64,000 nt of DNA, from the NCBI GenBank assembly GCA_963667015.2, contig CAXXJJ010000001.1:2336001-2400000 (forward strand), read 5' to 3'. Each line of letters opens with the position of its first letter. Positions within the stretch are counted from its first letter, which is position 1. Positions 31,217-41,223 of the stretch are shown in pieces. Position numbers and translations under genes: made by a program. Source of the stretch: Desulfatiglandales bacterium (GTDB lineage: Bacteria > Desulfobacterota > DSM-4660 > Desulfatiglandales > HGW-15). The notes under the pieces were generated by a model. The model worked only from the letters and a program-made list of their open reading frames with translations. It was not told where the DNA came from and did not search any database.

Positions 31217-32135
31217 ATGAAAATCACGGTAATCGGAGCGGCGGGCAGCGTCGGAGCTCCGGCAGTGTTTTACCTGGCCGCCAACAGACTTGCTGATGAA
31301 TTTTTAATGATCGGCGGAAAAAGGCAGAATGTCCTTGAACAACATGCTATTGATATCAGCACGGCAGTTTCTTCCAGAGATATAGTTATCCGGGCCGGTG
31401 ATTACAGCGATATGACCGGCTCGGATATTGTTATTAATGCGGCCGGGGCTCCCCAGGGGCTTATAGCCGACCGGATGGAGATGCTGCCTAAAAATATAGA
31501 ACTGGTCAGACATATCACCGGCAAAATCAAACAGTACTGCCCGGATGCCTTCATAATTACTGCAACCAACCCGGTTGATCCCCTCAACTATACTGCCTGG
31601 CTGTCCGGCGGATTTGATCGTCAATAAACTGATCGGCTATTCAATCAACGACTCATTTCGTTTCAGAGAATTCCTCGCCAGAGCCTATAATGTTAAAGTC
31701 AGCCAGGTGGATGGTACGGTAATAGGTGAGCACGGCTCTACCCAGGTACTGCTTTTCAGCACAGCAAGTATTGATGACAAAAAAGTCACAGTTCCCGAGG
31801 AGATAAAAACAAAAATCCGTGCTGAAATCCCGAATATACTGAAAAGGCTTGAGGAACTGCAGTCAGGACGAACCGCAGGGTGGACATGCGCCATAGGTCT
31901 TGAAAAGATTGTAAGGGCAATAAAGGAAGATACCGGGGAGGTAATCCCGTGTTCGGTTATGCTCGATGGAGAATATGGCGTAAGAGGGATAAGCATGTCG
32001 GTTCCTGTGAGACTCGGAAAAAACGGAGTTTCGGAGATACTGGAATACGAGCTCGCTCCGGATGAAATTGAAGGCGTGAAAAAGACCGTTGCCACACTTA
32101 AAGCAGCTGCCCGGGTTGTGGAAGAAAATTTGTAG
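31217..32135 (+). pseudogene. Lactate/malate dehydrogenase family protein split by a +1 frameshift (real or sequencing error)
   Basis: GAAGSVG and TNPVD in the first frame; DSFRF and GEHG in the next; one extra base at about 31622-31624 (GAT CGT C AAT AAA). Confidence 0.85.
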
Positions 32136-32192
32136 CCCTCATTTATAGCCTTTATCACAAAAATGTGTAATCCCTTTTAGAAGGAGATAAAC

Positions 32193-34313
32193 ATGCGCAA
32201 TAAGTTTCAAAAGTTATTCGAACCGGGTATGATCGGCCCTGTAAAGGTTAAAAATCGAATAATTAAAACTGCCAACGGTACATCTTTTGTTGATCCTGAT
32301 CAGACTGTGGGTGAAAGGATGATCACCTATTATGAAAGACTTGCAAAAGGCGGTGTGGGCTTCCTGGTTGTGGAATCCTGCGGAACTGAATATCCGCTGG
32401 GCATACAGCATGTCGATTATGACGCTGAGGGTAATTATCATGGAGTACAGCTTCATATGGATGATGACCGGCTGATCCCCGGGTTTAAAAATCTGACCGA
32501 TGCAGTACATAAACATGATTGCAAAGTGTCCATACAATTCCAGCACGCGGGTCCCTGGAATCCTACAGGAAAGCTTCCCAGGGATATGAAAATCCGGGAT
32601 ATCAAATGCGCCTCAGATATGACTGAAGAAGAGTTGCCCGGCCCTGATTTTTTACCCTGCCGTGAAATGACAAGGGATGAACTGGAGGAGCAAATCGATT
32701 TATGGGCTGCTGCCGCTGAAAGGGCCTACAGGGCTGGTTTTGATGCCTGTGAAATAAATCATGGCACCGCCCACCAGGGTAATACTTTTTTATCACGAAT
32801 CTGGAATAAAAGGACTGACGAATACGGCCCGCAGAGTTATGAGAACCGGACACGGTTTCTTCGTAGATGCGTTGAGGAAGCAAGAAAACGAACCGGTCCT
32901 GATTTTGCCATTCATGTCCTGATGAATGCAGTAGAGTATAACAATCCAAGGGCTACTACCCTTGAAGAAGGAGTCGAACTGGTAAAATGCGTAGCCGAAG
33001 TAGCGGACGGAATAAACCTGAGGGGTGAACGATATGGCCACCGGGGAGGATTGATACAGCCTGACCGCATATTGTATCCCGAACCGCCGGATGACCTGCC
33101 AAAAGATTATGACTGGAGCCGTAATGGGCGGGGAGCATCGGTTCCCCTGGTGGAAGCGGTAAAGGCCGGAGGTGTTAAGATTCCGGTATGGACCGCCTGC
33201 CGACTGGACCCGGAACTGGGCGAAGAATACCTGCAAAAGGGAAGTCTTGATTTTGTGGGTATGACAAGGCGCCTGCTGGCTGATCCGGATCTGCCCAACA
33301 AGGCCAGAGAAGGCCGCCTGGAAGATATCCGCTGGTGCAATGGCTGTCTCTACTGCTTTGACTGCCGCAACCGGAATAAGGTACTGGCGTGCAGAACAAA
33401 CCCGTATCTTGGTAAATACCATCTTCCTGAATTTCAACCAAAACCTGTTACAACTAAAAAGAAAGTAATGGTCATTGGCGGAGGCCCTTCCGGGATGGAG
33501 GCTGCCCGTGTTGCTGCCCGGCGTGGACACGAAGTAGTTTTGTATGAAAAAAACAGTTATCTTGGAGGATTGATTCCCCTGGCTGCAATTGTGAAGGATC
33601 TGGAAACAGAAGATATGACTCTGTTTGTCAGATACCTTTCCACACAGCTGAAAAAGGAAGGAGTTAAAGTTAATCTGAAGTCCGAGGTTACTACTGATGT
33701 AATACAGCGCGAGCGCCCTGATGTGCTGGTTATTGCTGTCGGTGCAGCCCATGGCGAGATTGGAGTGCCGGGGGCTGATCATCCAAAGGTGATAAATACA
33801 GAAAAGCTTCATGGCATGCTCAAATTTTTCCTGAAATTCTTAAGCTCTACACAGATGGAAAAATTATCCAGACTCTGGATGCCGCTGGGAAAAAGTGTTG
33901 TTATCATGGGCGGCACCCTTCATGGCTGCGAACTGGCGGAATATCTTATCAAGCGTAATCGCAGGGTAACCATGGTGCACAATGGTCCGGAAGAAGAACT
34001 GGGTGACCGCATGACAATTGACGACATGGTAAGTCTCTGGCCATGGCTGAAACAGAACCATGTACCCATATGGTCTGACGTTGAGTATCGTAATATCGAT
34101 GATAGAGGACTGGAGGTAAGTTTAAAGGACAAACGAAAATATATTCTAAAAGGAAAAAACATCATAAGTACACAGGACTGGGAACCTAATAAGAGCATTA
34201 TAGAACAGTTCAAGGGTCTTGTGGCTGAGACCTACGAGATAGGCAGCTGCAAAGAACCCGGTTTGATAGTTGATGCCATGAGAGATGGAGCCAAAGTCGG
34301 ATGTGAGATTTAA
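32193..34313 (+). CDS. NADH:flavin oxidoreductase (OYE barrel + 4Fe-4S + FAD/NAD domain; enoate reductase family)
   Basis: KNRI, N.RTDEYG, RRLLADPD, CNGCLYC...C, GGGPSG. Confidence 0.9.
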   Translation: MRNKFQKLFEPGMIGPVKVKNRIIKTANGTSFVDPDQTVGERMITYYERLAKGGVGFLVVESCGTEYPLGIQHVDYDAEGNYHGVQLHMDDDRLIPGFKNLTDAVHKHDCKVSIQFQHAGPWNPTGKLPRDMKIRDIKCASDMTEEELPGPDFLPCREMTRDELEEQIDLWAAAAERAYRAGFDACEINHGTAHQGNTFLSRIWNKRTDEYGPQSYENRTRFLRRCVEEARKRTGPDFAIHVLMNAVEYNNPRATTLEEGVELVKCVAEVADGINLRGERYGHRGGLIQPDRILYPEPPDDLPKDYDWSRNGRGASVPLVEAVKAGGVKIPVWTACRLDPELGEEYLQKGSLDFVGMTRRLLADPDLPNKAREGRLEDIRWCNGCLYCFDCRNRNKVLACRTNPYLGKYHLPEFQPKPVTTKKKVMVIGGGPSGMEAARVAARRGHEVVLYEKNSYLGGLIPLAAIVKDLETEDMTLFVRYLSTQLKKEGVKVNLKSEVTTDVIQRERPDVLVIAVGAAHGEIGVPGADHPKVINTEKLHGMLKFFLKFLSSTQMEKLSRLWMPLGKSVVIMGGTLHGCELAEYLIKRNRRVTMVHNGPEEELGDRMTIDDMVSLWPWLKQNHVPIWSDVEYRNIDDRGLEVSLKDKRKYILKGKNIISTQDWEPNKSIIEQFKGLVAETYEIGSCKEPGLIVDAMRDGAKVGCEI

Positions 34314-34392
34314 CAGTAGTTTAGAAACTTCCTGTACTGAACTGGGCGGGTTATTTGACAATCAGGTCTGAAAATCCTTAAGGAGGTCGTGG

Positions 34393-36057
34393 ATGTTTAA
34401 ATTGCTTGAAGGTGTTGTTCCATACAAATCAGAAGATGAAGCTGTATACATCAATAGAGGCTGGTGGCGCGGTTTTACTCTGGGTGATTACCTTGACCTG
34501 GCAGCGGATATCCATCCGGATAAAGAGGCCTTTGTGGACAGGATCAGCCGATATACCTATGGCCAGGCTCGCGAAAAGTCTGACCGGCTGGGAATCGGTC
34601 TGATTAAACTGGGTATAGAGCCACTCGATCGCGTCCTTATACAGCTGCCCAACTGGAATGAATTCATTTTTGCATATTTTGCCTGCCAGAAGATCGGTGC
34701 CATTCCTGTTCTGCTTATTGACAGATACCGTAAGTTTGAGATTGATAGACTGTTGAAACTCACAGGCGCGACATCCTGGATTGTCCCGGCAGGTACTCAT
34801 AAATTTGATTTCAAGCCCTTGATCAGCAGCGTATTAATCGATAATCCTGAAATAAAAAATGTGATTACTGTCCGGGGAAAGATCGATGGTCCGGTTTTTA
34901 AGAGTATGGAAGACCTGATCGAAGAAAATACATTAGCCCGGGATGATAACGATTTACTTGCCTGCCGCAGACCGGATCCCTGTCAGGTTGCCCACATGGG
35001 ACCCACAGGAGGAACAACCGGGGAGCCGAAAATAGTGCCCCGCACCCATAACAGCCTTGCGTGTGCTGTCGAGTTCTGCTCCAGGTCATGGGATCAGCAC
35101 TGCGAAGATATCAACATGATTGTCGGTCCGGTCGGGCATGATCTTTCTTTCTCAAAGGGCCTGCTGGGGAGCGTGATTACCCAGGGAAAGCTCGTGTTCC
35201 AGAGTACGACAGATAACGCGGATATCTGCCGGACAATTGAAAAGGAGCGTGTTACCTCAATAATCTGGGTACCCACACTGGCGCAAAGGCTGCTTCAGTT
35301 TGAAGACACGGGTAAATACGATCTTGGCTCGGTAAGGAAGATGCACTCCGGAGGAGGTGCAAGCCACAGTGAGATGGTGAAAGAAATCATGGATCGTTTC
35401 GGGATACGCTATTACAATGGATACGGCGGAACCGAGGGTATGACCTGCATTACCCGCACTGCTGATGATTGTGATACTATCTGCGGCACGGTTGGAAGGC
35501 AGACATTCCCATATGATATCTATAAAGTGGTTGATGCCGAGGGATGCGAACTTCCCTGCAATACTCCCGGTGAATTAATGGTGAAAGGACCATGTGTTTT
35601 TTCCGGATATTACAATAACCCTGAAGAAAATTACAGAGTCTTTGATAAGGATGGCTTCTTTAAAACCGGCGATATAGCCACTATAAGCGAAGAGGGTTAT
35701 ATCAGGCTTTGCGGAAGAATAAAGGAGATGATCAACAGAGGAGGGGAGAGTATAAGTGCCACTGATATCGAAAAACTGATCATTCTTCACCCCGGGGTCG
35801 CGGTTGTAGGAGTTATTCCCATGCCTGACAAACTAATGGGAGAAAGGGTATGTGCCTATATTGAACCGGAAAAAAATAAGGTGCTGACATTTGAACACAT
35901 TATTGAATTCTTAAAATCCCGGAATGCTTCTGTACTGCAGTTTCCCGAGAGAATCGTGTTTGTAGATAAAATGCCTATGACCGGTGTAGGTAAACTGGAT
36001 AAAAAGGCATTGCGTAAAGATATTGAAAAAAAGATAATGAATGAAGTCAAAATATAA
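34393..36057 (+). CDS. AMP-binding adenylating enzyme (EntE/DhbE-like aryl or cyclic acid ligase)
   Basis: TGGTTGEPK, YGGTEG, GFFKTGD, INRGGE.I, GKLDKKALR. Confidence 0.88.
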   Translation: MFKLLEGVVPYKSEDEAVYINRGWWRGFTLGDYLDLAADIHPDKEAFVDRISRYTYGQAREKSDRLGIGLIKLGIEPLDRVLIQLPNWNEFIFAYFACQKIGAIPVLLIDRYRKFEIDRLLKLTGATSWIVPAGTHKFDFKPLISSVLIDNPEIKNVITVRGKIDGPVFKSMEDLIEENTLARDDNDLLACRRPDPCQVAHMGPTGGTTGEPKIVPRTHNSLACAVEFCSRSWDQHCEDINMIVGPVGHDLSFSKGLLGSVITQGKLVFQSTTDNADICRTIEKERVTSIIWVPTLAQRLLQFEDTGKYDLGSVRKMHSGGGASHSEMVKEIMDRFGIRYYNGYGGTEGMTCITRTADDCDTICGTVGRQTFPYDIYKVVDAEGCELPCNTPGELMVKGPCVFSGYYNNPEENYRVFDKDGFFKTGDIATISEEGYIRLCGRIKEMINRGGESISATDIEKLIILHPGVAVVGVIPMPDKLMGERVCAYIEPEKNKVLTFEHIIEFLKSRNASVLQFPERIVFVDKMPMTGVGKLDKKALRKDIEKKIMNEVKI

Positions 36058-36078
36058 CAGAAAGGAGTTTATATTTTA

Positions 36079-36633
36079 ATGTCCGCAAAAGAAATAAGGG
36101 TTCACGGTCGTGGAGGACAGGGTGCCGTACTGGCGGCTAAAATGCTTGCATCTGCCTGTGCCTATGAGGGGCAGCATGTTGCAAGTTTCCCAATGTACGG
36201 ATTTGAACGCAGAGGAATGCCGGTTATCGCATTCACGCGTTTTGACACAAAACCAATTCGGGAGAAAACTCAGGTCTACACCCCGGACTGTATTATGGTT
36301 ATTGATCCCACTCTAATGGATCTTCCGACTTTATACGATGGCCTGAAACCGGGCGGAGTACTCATTCTAAACAGCGCCAAACCGTTTGAAAGTCAGCCTG
36401 TAAAAAATCTGAAAAAGGCAGGAGTCATCAATGCCACCCAGGTTGCCCTGTGTGAGATCGGCAGGGATATCCCTAATACATGCCTGCTGGGAGCTTTAGC
36501 CGCCACAACAGGATGGGTCAAACTGGAATCAATTCTAAAGGGATTCTCCGATTATCTGAAAGGCGATATCCTGGAGAGAAACATCCGAAATGCGCAAAGA
36601 GGATTTGATGAAGTGGAGGTGCATTCATGGTAA
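36079..36633 (+). CDS. 2-oxoacid:ferredoxin oxidoreductase gamma subunit (POR-type)
   Basis: EIRVHGRGGQGAV, YG.ERRG.P, PNT.LLGA. Confidence 0.92.
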   Translation: MSAKEIRVHGRGGQGAVLAAKMLASACAYEGQHVASFPMYGFERRGMPVIAFTRFDTKPIREKTQVYTPDCIMVIDPTLMDLPTLYDGLKPGGVLILNSAKPFESQPVKNLKKAGVINATQVALCEIGRDIPNTCLLGALAATTGWVKLESILKGFSDYLKGDILERNIRNAQRGFDEVEVHSW

Positions 36634-36935
36634 TTAATAAGGAAGAGAAATATATTTATGATACCGAGGCGGCCTGGTCCGATGGCAACAAAACCCTTCT
36701 CTGTCTTAAAACCGGTGAGTGGAGGACATCACGTCCGGTCGTAAATATAGATGTATGTAATGTCTGCGGCATATGCATGACCTACTGCCCCACTCAATGC
36801 ATCACAGCCGGTGATGACGATTATGTAATAAATCTGGAATACTGCAAGGGCTGCGGTATCTGTGCCATGGAATGCCCTAAAAAAGCGATAACCATGACGC
36901 CGGAAGGAGAGTATGCTGATGACTGCACAATCTAA
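36627..36935 (+). CDS. 2-oxoacid:ferredoxin oxidoreductase delta subunit (2x4Fe-4S)
   Basis: TGEWR..RP, CNVCGIC..YCP, YCKGCGICAMECP. Confidence 0.92.
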   Translation: MVINKEEKYIYDTEAAWSDGNKTLLCLKTGEWRTSRPVVNIDVCNVCGICMTYCPTQCITAGDDDYVINLEYCKGCGICAMECPKKAITMTPEGEYADDCTI

Positions 36936-38106
36936 AAATATAAAGGTAATTACCGGAAATGCCTCAGCCGCATACTCGGTACTGCGCTGCCGACCCGATG
37001 TGGTTTCCGCTTATCCGATTACACCCCAGAGCGAACTGGTGGAACAGCTTGCCAAATTTCATGCCGACGGCATCCTTGACTGTGAATACGTGGCGGTAGA
37101 GGGAGAAAATTCTGCACAGAATGTAGCCTGTGCTGCGGTAATGGGCGGCGGTCGAGGCTTTACAGCCACCTCATCCTATGGCCTTGTATATATGTATGAC
37201 ACACTGCTTCAAACTGCAGGCTATCGTGCTCCGCTGGTAATGGTAAACGTAAACCGTGAGCCCCCTGGAATTCACGCGGTTTATTCAGGCCAGCAGGATA
37301 TGATATCGACAAGGGATTCCGGATGGGTACAGGTTATTGTTGAGAATAATCAGGAAATCTTTGATACGATAATCATGGCCTATCGGCTGGCCGAAGATTA
37401 TGATATCCAGCTGCCGGTTATGGTAAATTACGATGGTTACTATCTCTCTTTTCTGGCCGAGAAGGTAGAGATCTCCGAACAGGAAGATGTTGATCGTTTT
37501 CTGGCACCGTTGAAAGAACAGCCTCAAAGGATGAAGGTCATCCCGGGTGCAGGTACAGGTTGCGGAAGCCACGGTATTGGCATGGGATTTGTAGAATACC
37601 GCAAAAAACATATGGCGGCCATGGAACGCGTAAAAGATAAACTGGACTGTATTGATGCCAGTTTCAGGGAGGCCTTCGGGCGCGGCTATTACGGCCAGAT
37701 CGAGGCCTACAGATGTGATGATGCAGATATTGTTCTGGTAACGTCAGGAAGTGTCACAGGTACTGCAAGGACAGTAATTGATGCAAAACGAGAAGAAGGC
37801 ATAAAGGTCGGACTGGTGAAATTAAGACTCTTTCGCCCGTTCCCGGTGGAAAAGCTGGGTGAGGTGCTGAAGGGCAGAAAGGCAATAGGCGTTCTGGATC
37901 GCAGTATATGTTTCGGATGGAACTGCGGTCCTGTTTATATGGAGGTCAATGCCATAACAAAGCACATCGGCATAATACCCATGCTGAGTTTCATTGACGG
38001 TCTGGCCAACATGGATATTTCACAGGAACATATTGCCGGCATGGTGGACGACATTTATAATGCATCGCAAGGTAAACCCTACCAGGAAGTTACCTGGTTA
38101 CCATAA
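36913..38106 (+). CDS. 2-oxoacid:ferredoxin oxidoreductase alpha subunit
   Basis: SAYPITPQ, TATSS.GL, RDSGW.Q, LFRPFP. Confidence 0.92.
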   Translation: MLMTAQSKNIKVITGNASAAYSVLRCRPDVVSAYPITPQSELVEQLAKFHADGILDCEYVAVEGENSAQNVACAAVMGGGRGFTATSSYGLVYMYDTLLQTAGYRAPLVMVNVNREPPGIHAVYSGQQDMISTRDSGWVQVIVENNQEIFDTIIMAYRLAEDYDIQLPVMVNYDGYYLSFLAEKVEISEQEDVDRFLAPLKEQPQRMKVIPGAGTGCGSHGIGMGFVEYRKKHMAAMERVKDKLDCIDASFREAFGRGYYGQIEAYRCDDADIVLVTSGSVTGTARTVIDAKREEGIKVGLVKLRLFRPFPVEKLGEVLKGRKAIGVLDRSICFGWNCGPVYMEVNAITKHIGIIPMLSFIDGLANMDISQEHIAGMVDDIYNASQGKPYQEVTWLP

Positions 38107-38123
38107 GCAGGAAAGGATTCATA

Positions 38124-39050
38124 ATGGCTGAGAAAATAAAGAAAATGCCCAAAGTTACTGAATACTACTGTGACGAAGACCAGTTTTCTCCGGGGAATGC
38201 GTGTTGTCCCGGCTGTATAATGGAGTTGAATCTTCGTCTGGTTTCTAAAATTATGGGGAAGGATATTGTTCTGTTTGGTACCCCCGGCTGCAGTGCTCCG
38301 ACCATTCACGGCCAGAACGATCAGGCCTGGCATAAGCATTCATACTATGCGAATGTAATGACCGGTGTAGCTTCCAGTGCAACAGGATTGTCGCGTTATT
38401 ATAAAAAGGCCGGGATTGATGCAACAATCATCTGCCATACAGGAGACGGCTGTGCACAGGATATAGGGCTTCAAACCATAAGCGGAGCTGCCGAACGTAA
38501 CGAAAACATAATTTATATCTGCTACGACAATGAAGGTTATATGAACACCGGTGTTCAAAGAAGCAGTGCCACACCCTACGGGGCATCTACAAGTACAACC
38601 CCTGCCGGATCGAAAAGTATTGGTAAAACAACTGCCTCAAAGAACATGCCCATGATCATGTCCATGCATGACATACCCTATGTTGCTACGGCAACACTGA
38701 GTCATCTGGAGGACTACGCCAAAAAACTTGTCAAGGCAAAGGAAATGGTCAGGGAAGGATTTGTATACCTGCACGTATTCTGCCCGTGCACAACAGGCTG
38801 GAAGGTCCCGCAGGATGCCTCTATACAGGTTTGCCGCGCAGCAGTTCAGACCAATTATTTCCCGTTGTGGGAAGTTGAGAACGGGACCTATAGAATTACT
38901 CAACCGGTCAGTAAACCGAAACCCATATCCGAAATGCTGAAACTTATTGGAAAGTTTAAGCATCTGGGAGAAGAGGATATAGCCATTCTGCAACAGCAGT
39001 CAGATAAAAGGTTCAGTATTTTAAACGCGCTTTGTGAAATGGGCTCCTGA
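38124..39050 (+). CDS. 2-oxoacid:ferredoxin oxidoreductase beta subunit (TPP-binding)
   Basis: C.GC, GDG...DNEGYMNTG.Q.S, PC.TGW. Confidence 0.92.
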   Translation: MAEKIKKMPKVTEYYCDEDQFSPGNACCPGCIMELNLRLVSKIMGKDIVLFGTPGCSAPTIHGQNDQAWHKHSYYANVMTGVASSATGLSRYYKKAGIDATIICHTGDGCAQDIGLQTISGAAERNENIIYICYDNEGYMNTGVQRSSATPYGASTSTTPAGSKSIGKTTASKNMPMIMSMHDIPYVATATLSHLEDYAKKLVKAKEMVREGFVYLHVFCPCTTGWKVPQDASIQVCRAAVQTNYFPLWEVENGTYRITQPVSKPKPISEMLKLIGKFKHLGEEDIAILQQQSDKRFSILNALCEMGS

Positions 39051-39178
39051 GACTCGGTTTTACATATATAATTGACATATAAGTCTTTTCCGGGTTAATT
39101 CTTTTTAATAATTCAAGGAAAAGGATTAACATATCAGGAACATTCAATCGGACAGATAAAGAGATAAGAGGGATTATA

Positions 39179-41116
39179 ATGGCTACAAAATTTCCTAACC
39201 TGTTTCAACCCATCAAAGTCGGAAACCTTACACTTAAAAACCGAATCACCAGTGCACCAATTTATAATTTTCTTGCTTCCTATGATAACCATGTTACACG
39301 GGAATGCATAGAGTTCTCAAAACCATACGGGAAAGGCGGGACTGCGACTGTAACTCTGGGCAGCGGATTTATAAACAGGGATCTGCCGCCGGCAGCACAT
39401 CATATTGTGGGAATGAGTGATGACTTTATGGTTGTCTATCTTTCGGAATGGTGTGAGGCAGTTAAAAGGCTCGGCTCAAAGGCATGTGTTGAGCTTGTTC
39501 CTATCGCCTCCTATTTCGGGACCCATGAGGTTGAAAGCTCTGTCGGTATACCAATGGAAATCGACTGTAATCTGCTGACTGAAAAAGAACTCAAGGATTT
39601 TATTGAGGACTATGCAAAGGCAGCAGGCACTATTGCAAGGGCTGATGGAGATATGGTGCTGATACACGGCGCCCATTGTCAGCTGCCCGCACTTTTATTT
39701 TCAAAGGTTTTTAATAAACGAACAGATCAGTACGGCCCACAATCCTTCGAGAACCGGTGCCGTTTTGCCGTGGAAATCCTTGAAGCTATCCGTGCTGAAG
39801 TCGGTAATAAACTTTCCATTGAATACCGAATAAGCGCAATTGATATGGTCCCGGGTTCTCCTGATATTGAAGAGGTAATCGAGTTTGCAAAGGTCATACA
39901 GGATAAAATTGATCTACTTCATGTCTCAAGGGGCGCTCTGGCAATTAACAAGCTTACTCCCTATATTCTTCCGCCTGCCTATATGGACCATAATATAAAT
40001 ATTGAATATGCTGCACAATTCAAAAAGGCCCTTGATATACCCGTGAGCGCAGTTGGGGCGGTTACACTTGAAGAGGCAGACAAAGCCATAGCAGAAGGCA
40101 AAGTTGACATGGTTGCCCTGGGCCGCCAGCTGCTTGCAGACCCTGAAACATGCAATAAGCTGGAGCGCGGCCAGGAAGATACAATCAGGCCCTGCATACG
40201 CTGTAATACATGTATCAGCAGGAGCCACTTCGGTATGAAACCGCCCAGGTGTGCGGTTAACCCTGTACTTGGCCGTGAAGTGGATTATTCCTATGCCCAG
40301 CCGGCAAATGTAAAGAAAAAAGTAGTTGTTGTTGGCGGAGGTCCTGCCGGGCTCGAAGCCGCCAGAACTGCTGCTGGTCGTGGTCATGATGTAGTCCTGT
40401 TTGAAAAGGAAGCACAGGTCGGCGGACTTATACGTGAAGCAAGTTTGCCCCCCTTTAAAACAGACCTGAAAAAATATCTTGAATGGTCTGTCCGAATGAC
40501 GAAGCAGAACCCTGACATCGATATAAGGCTTTCTACTGAGGCAACCCCTGAACTTGTCGCGAAGGAAAATGCCGATGCCCTTATTATTGCTGTAGGGGCT
40601 ACTCCCAATGTCCCGGCCCTTACCTGTAAGGACAAGTCAAAGGTAATATGGGTAGGTGATCTGGAAAAGGAATCCATAGATATTGGAAACAGCATTCTTA
40701 TAGTTGGTGCTGGTTTGACAGGCTGTGAAACTGCCCTCAAGTATCTGCAGGAAGGTAGACGTGTAACCCTGATTGATGCCCTGCCAAGGGAGCAGCTTGG
40801 ACTGGGATCATCACCAATAAATGCATATTATCTCTTTGATATTCTGGAAGAACATAATGTAGATTTGAGGCCTGATACATGGCTGGTTGATGTAACGAAT
40901 GACCATGCTGTTATCAAACGTGACGGAAAAGAAGAGAACCTTGTGTTAGATAATGTCATTTTGGCTTCAGGCATGAAGGCAAATGCTGATTCCGAACTTA
41001 TCAGAGAGTTGAAGGCAACTGTTGCTGAGAATTATGTTATTGGCGACAGCAATACCAGCCATGGCACCCTCTGGAATGCCGTGACCAGCGGTTTTGATGC
41101 CGCCATGGCAATATAG
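39179..41116 (+). CDS. Second NADH:flavin oxidoreductase (OYE + 4Fe-4S + FAD/NAD domain)
   Basis: LKNRI, IHGAH, NKRTDQYG, CIRCNTC...CAVNP, GGGPAG. Confidence 0.9.
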   Translation: MATKFPNLFQPIKVGNLTLKNRITSAPIYNFLASYDNHVTRECIEFSKPYGKGGTATVTLGSGFINRDLPPAAHHIVGMSDDFMVVYLSEWCEAVKRLGSKACVELVPIASYFGTHEVESSVGIPMEIDCNLLTEKELKDFIEDYAKAAGTIARADGDMVLIHGAHCQLPALLFSKVFNKRTDQYGPQSFENRCRFAVEILEAIRAEVGNKLSIEYRISAIDMVPGSPDIEEVIEFAKVIQDKIDLLHVSRGALAINKLTPYILPPAYMDHNINIEYAAQFKKALDIPVSAVGAVTLEEADKAIAEGKVDMVALGRQLLADPETCNKLERGQEDTIRPCIRCNTCISRSHFGMKPPRCAVNPVLGREVDYSYAQPANVKKKVVVVGGGPAGLEAARTAAGRGHDVVLFEKEAQVGGLIREASLPPFKTDLKKYLEWSVRMTKQNPDIDIRLSTEATPELVAKENADALIIAVGATPNVPALTCKDKSKVIWVGDLEKESIDIGNSILIVGAGLTGCETALKYLQEGRRVTLIDALPREQLGLGSSPINAYYLFDILEEHNVDLRPDTWLVDVTNDHAVIKRDGKEENLVLDNVILASGMKANADSELIRELKATVAENYVIGDSNTSHGTLWNAVTSGFDAAMAI

Positions 41117-41223
41117 CTGCCATAAATAGTTTTTAGGTGTGGACATCAGGTGAAAATATGGTTTATAAATGCATGTTTTGTTGAATAACAGAAACCAGAT
41201 AAAAAATAGAGGAGGAATTTATT

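Noticed and set aside
32793..33812. 339-aa antisense ORF (likewise 63342-63950, 58392-58919, 31685-32158)
   Set aside because: Lie opposite well-supported genes and show no motifs.
34393..36057. Siderophore or NRPS cluster around the EntE-like enzyme
   Set aside because: No carrier protein, condensation domain or isochorismate genes; the context is catabolic.
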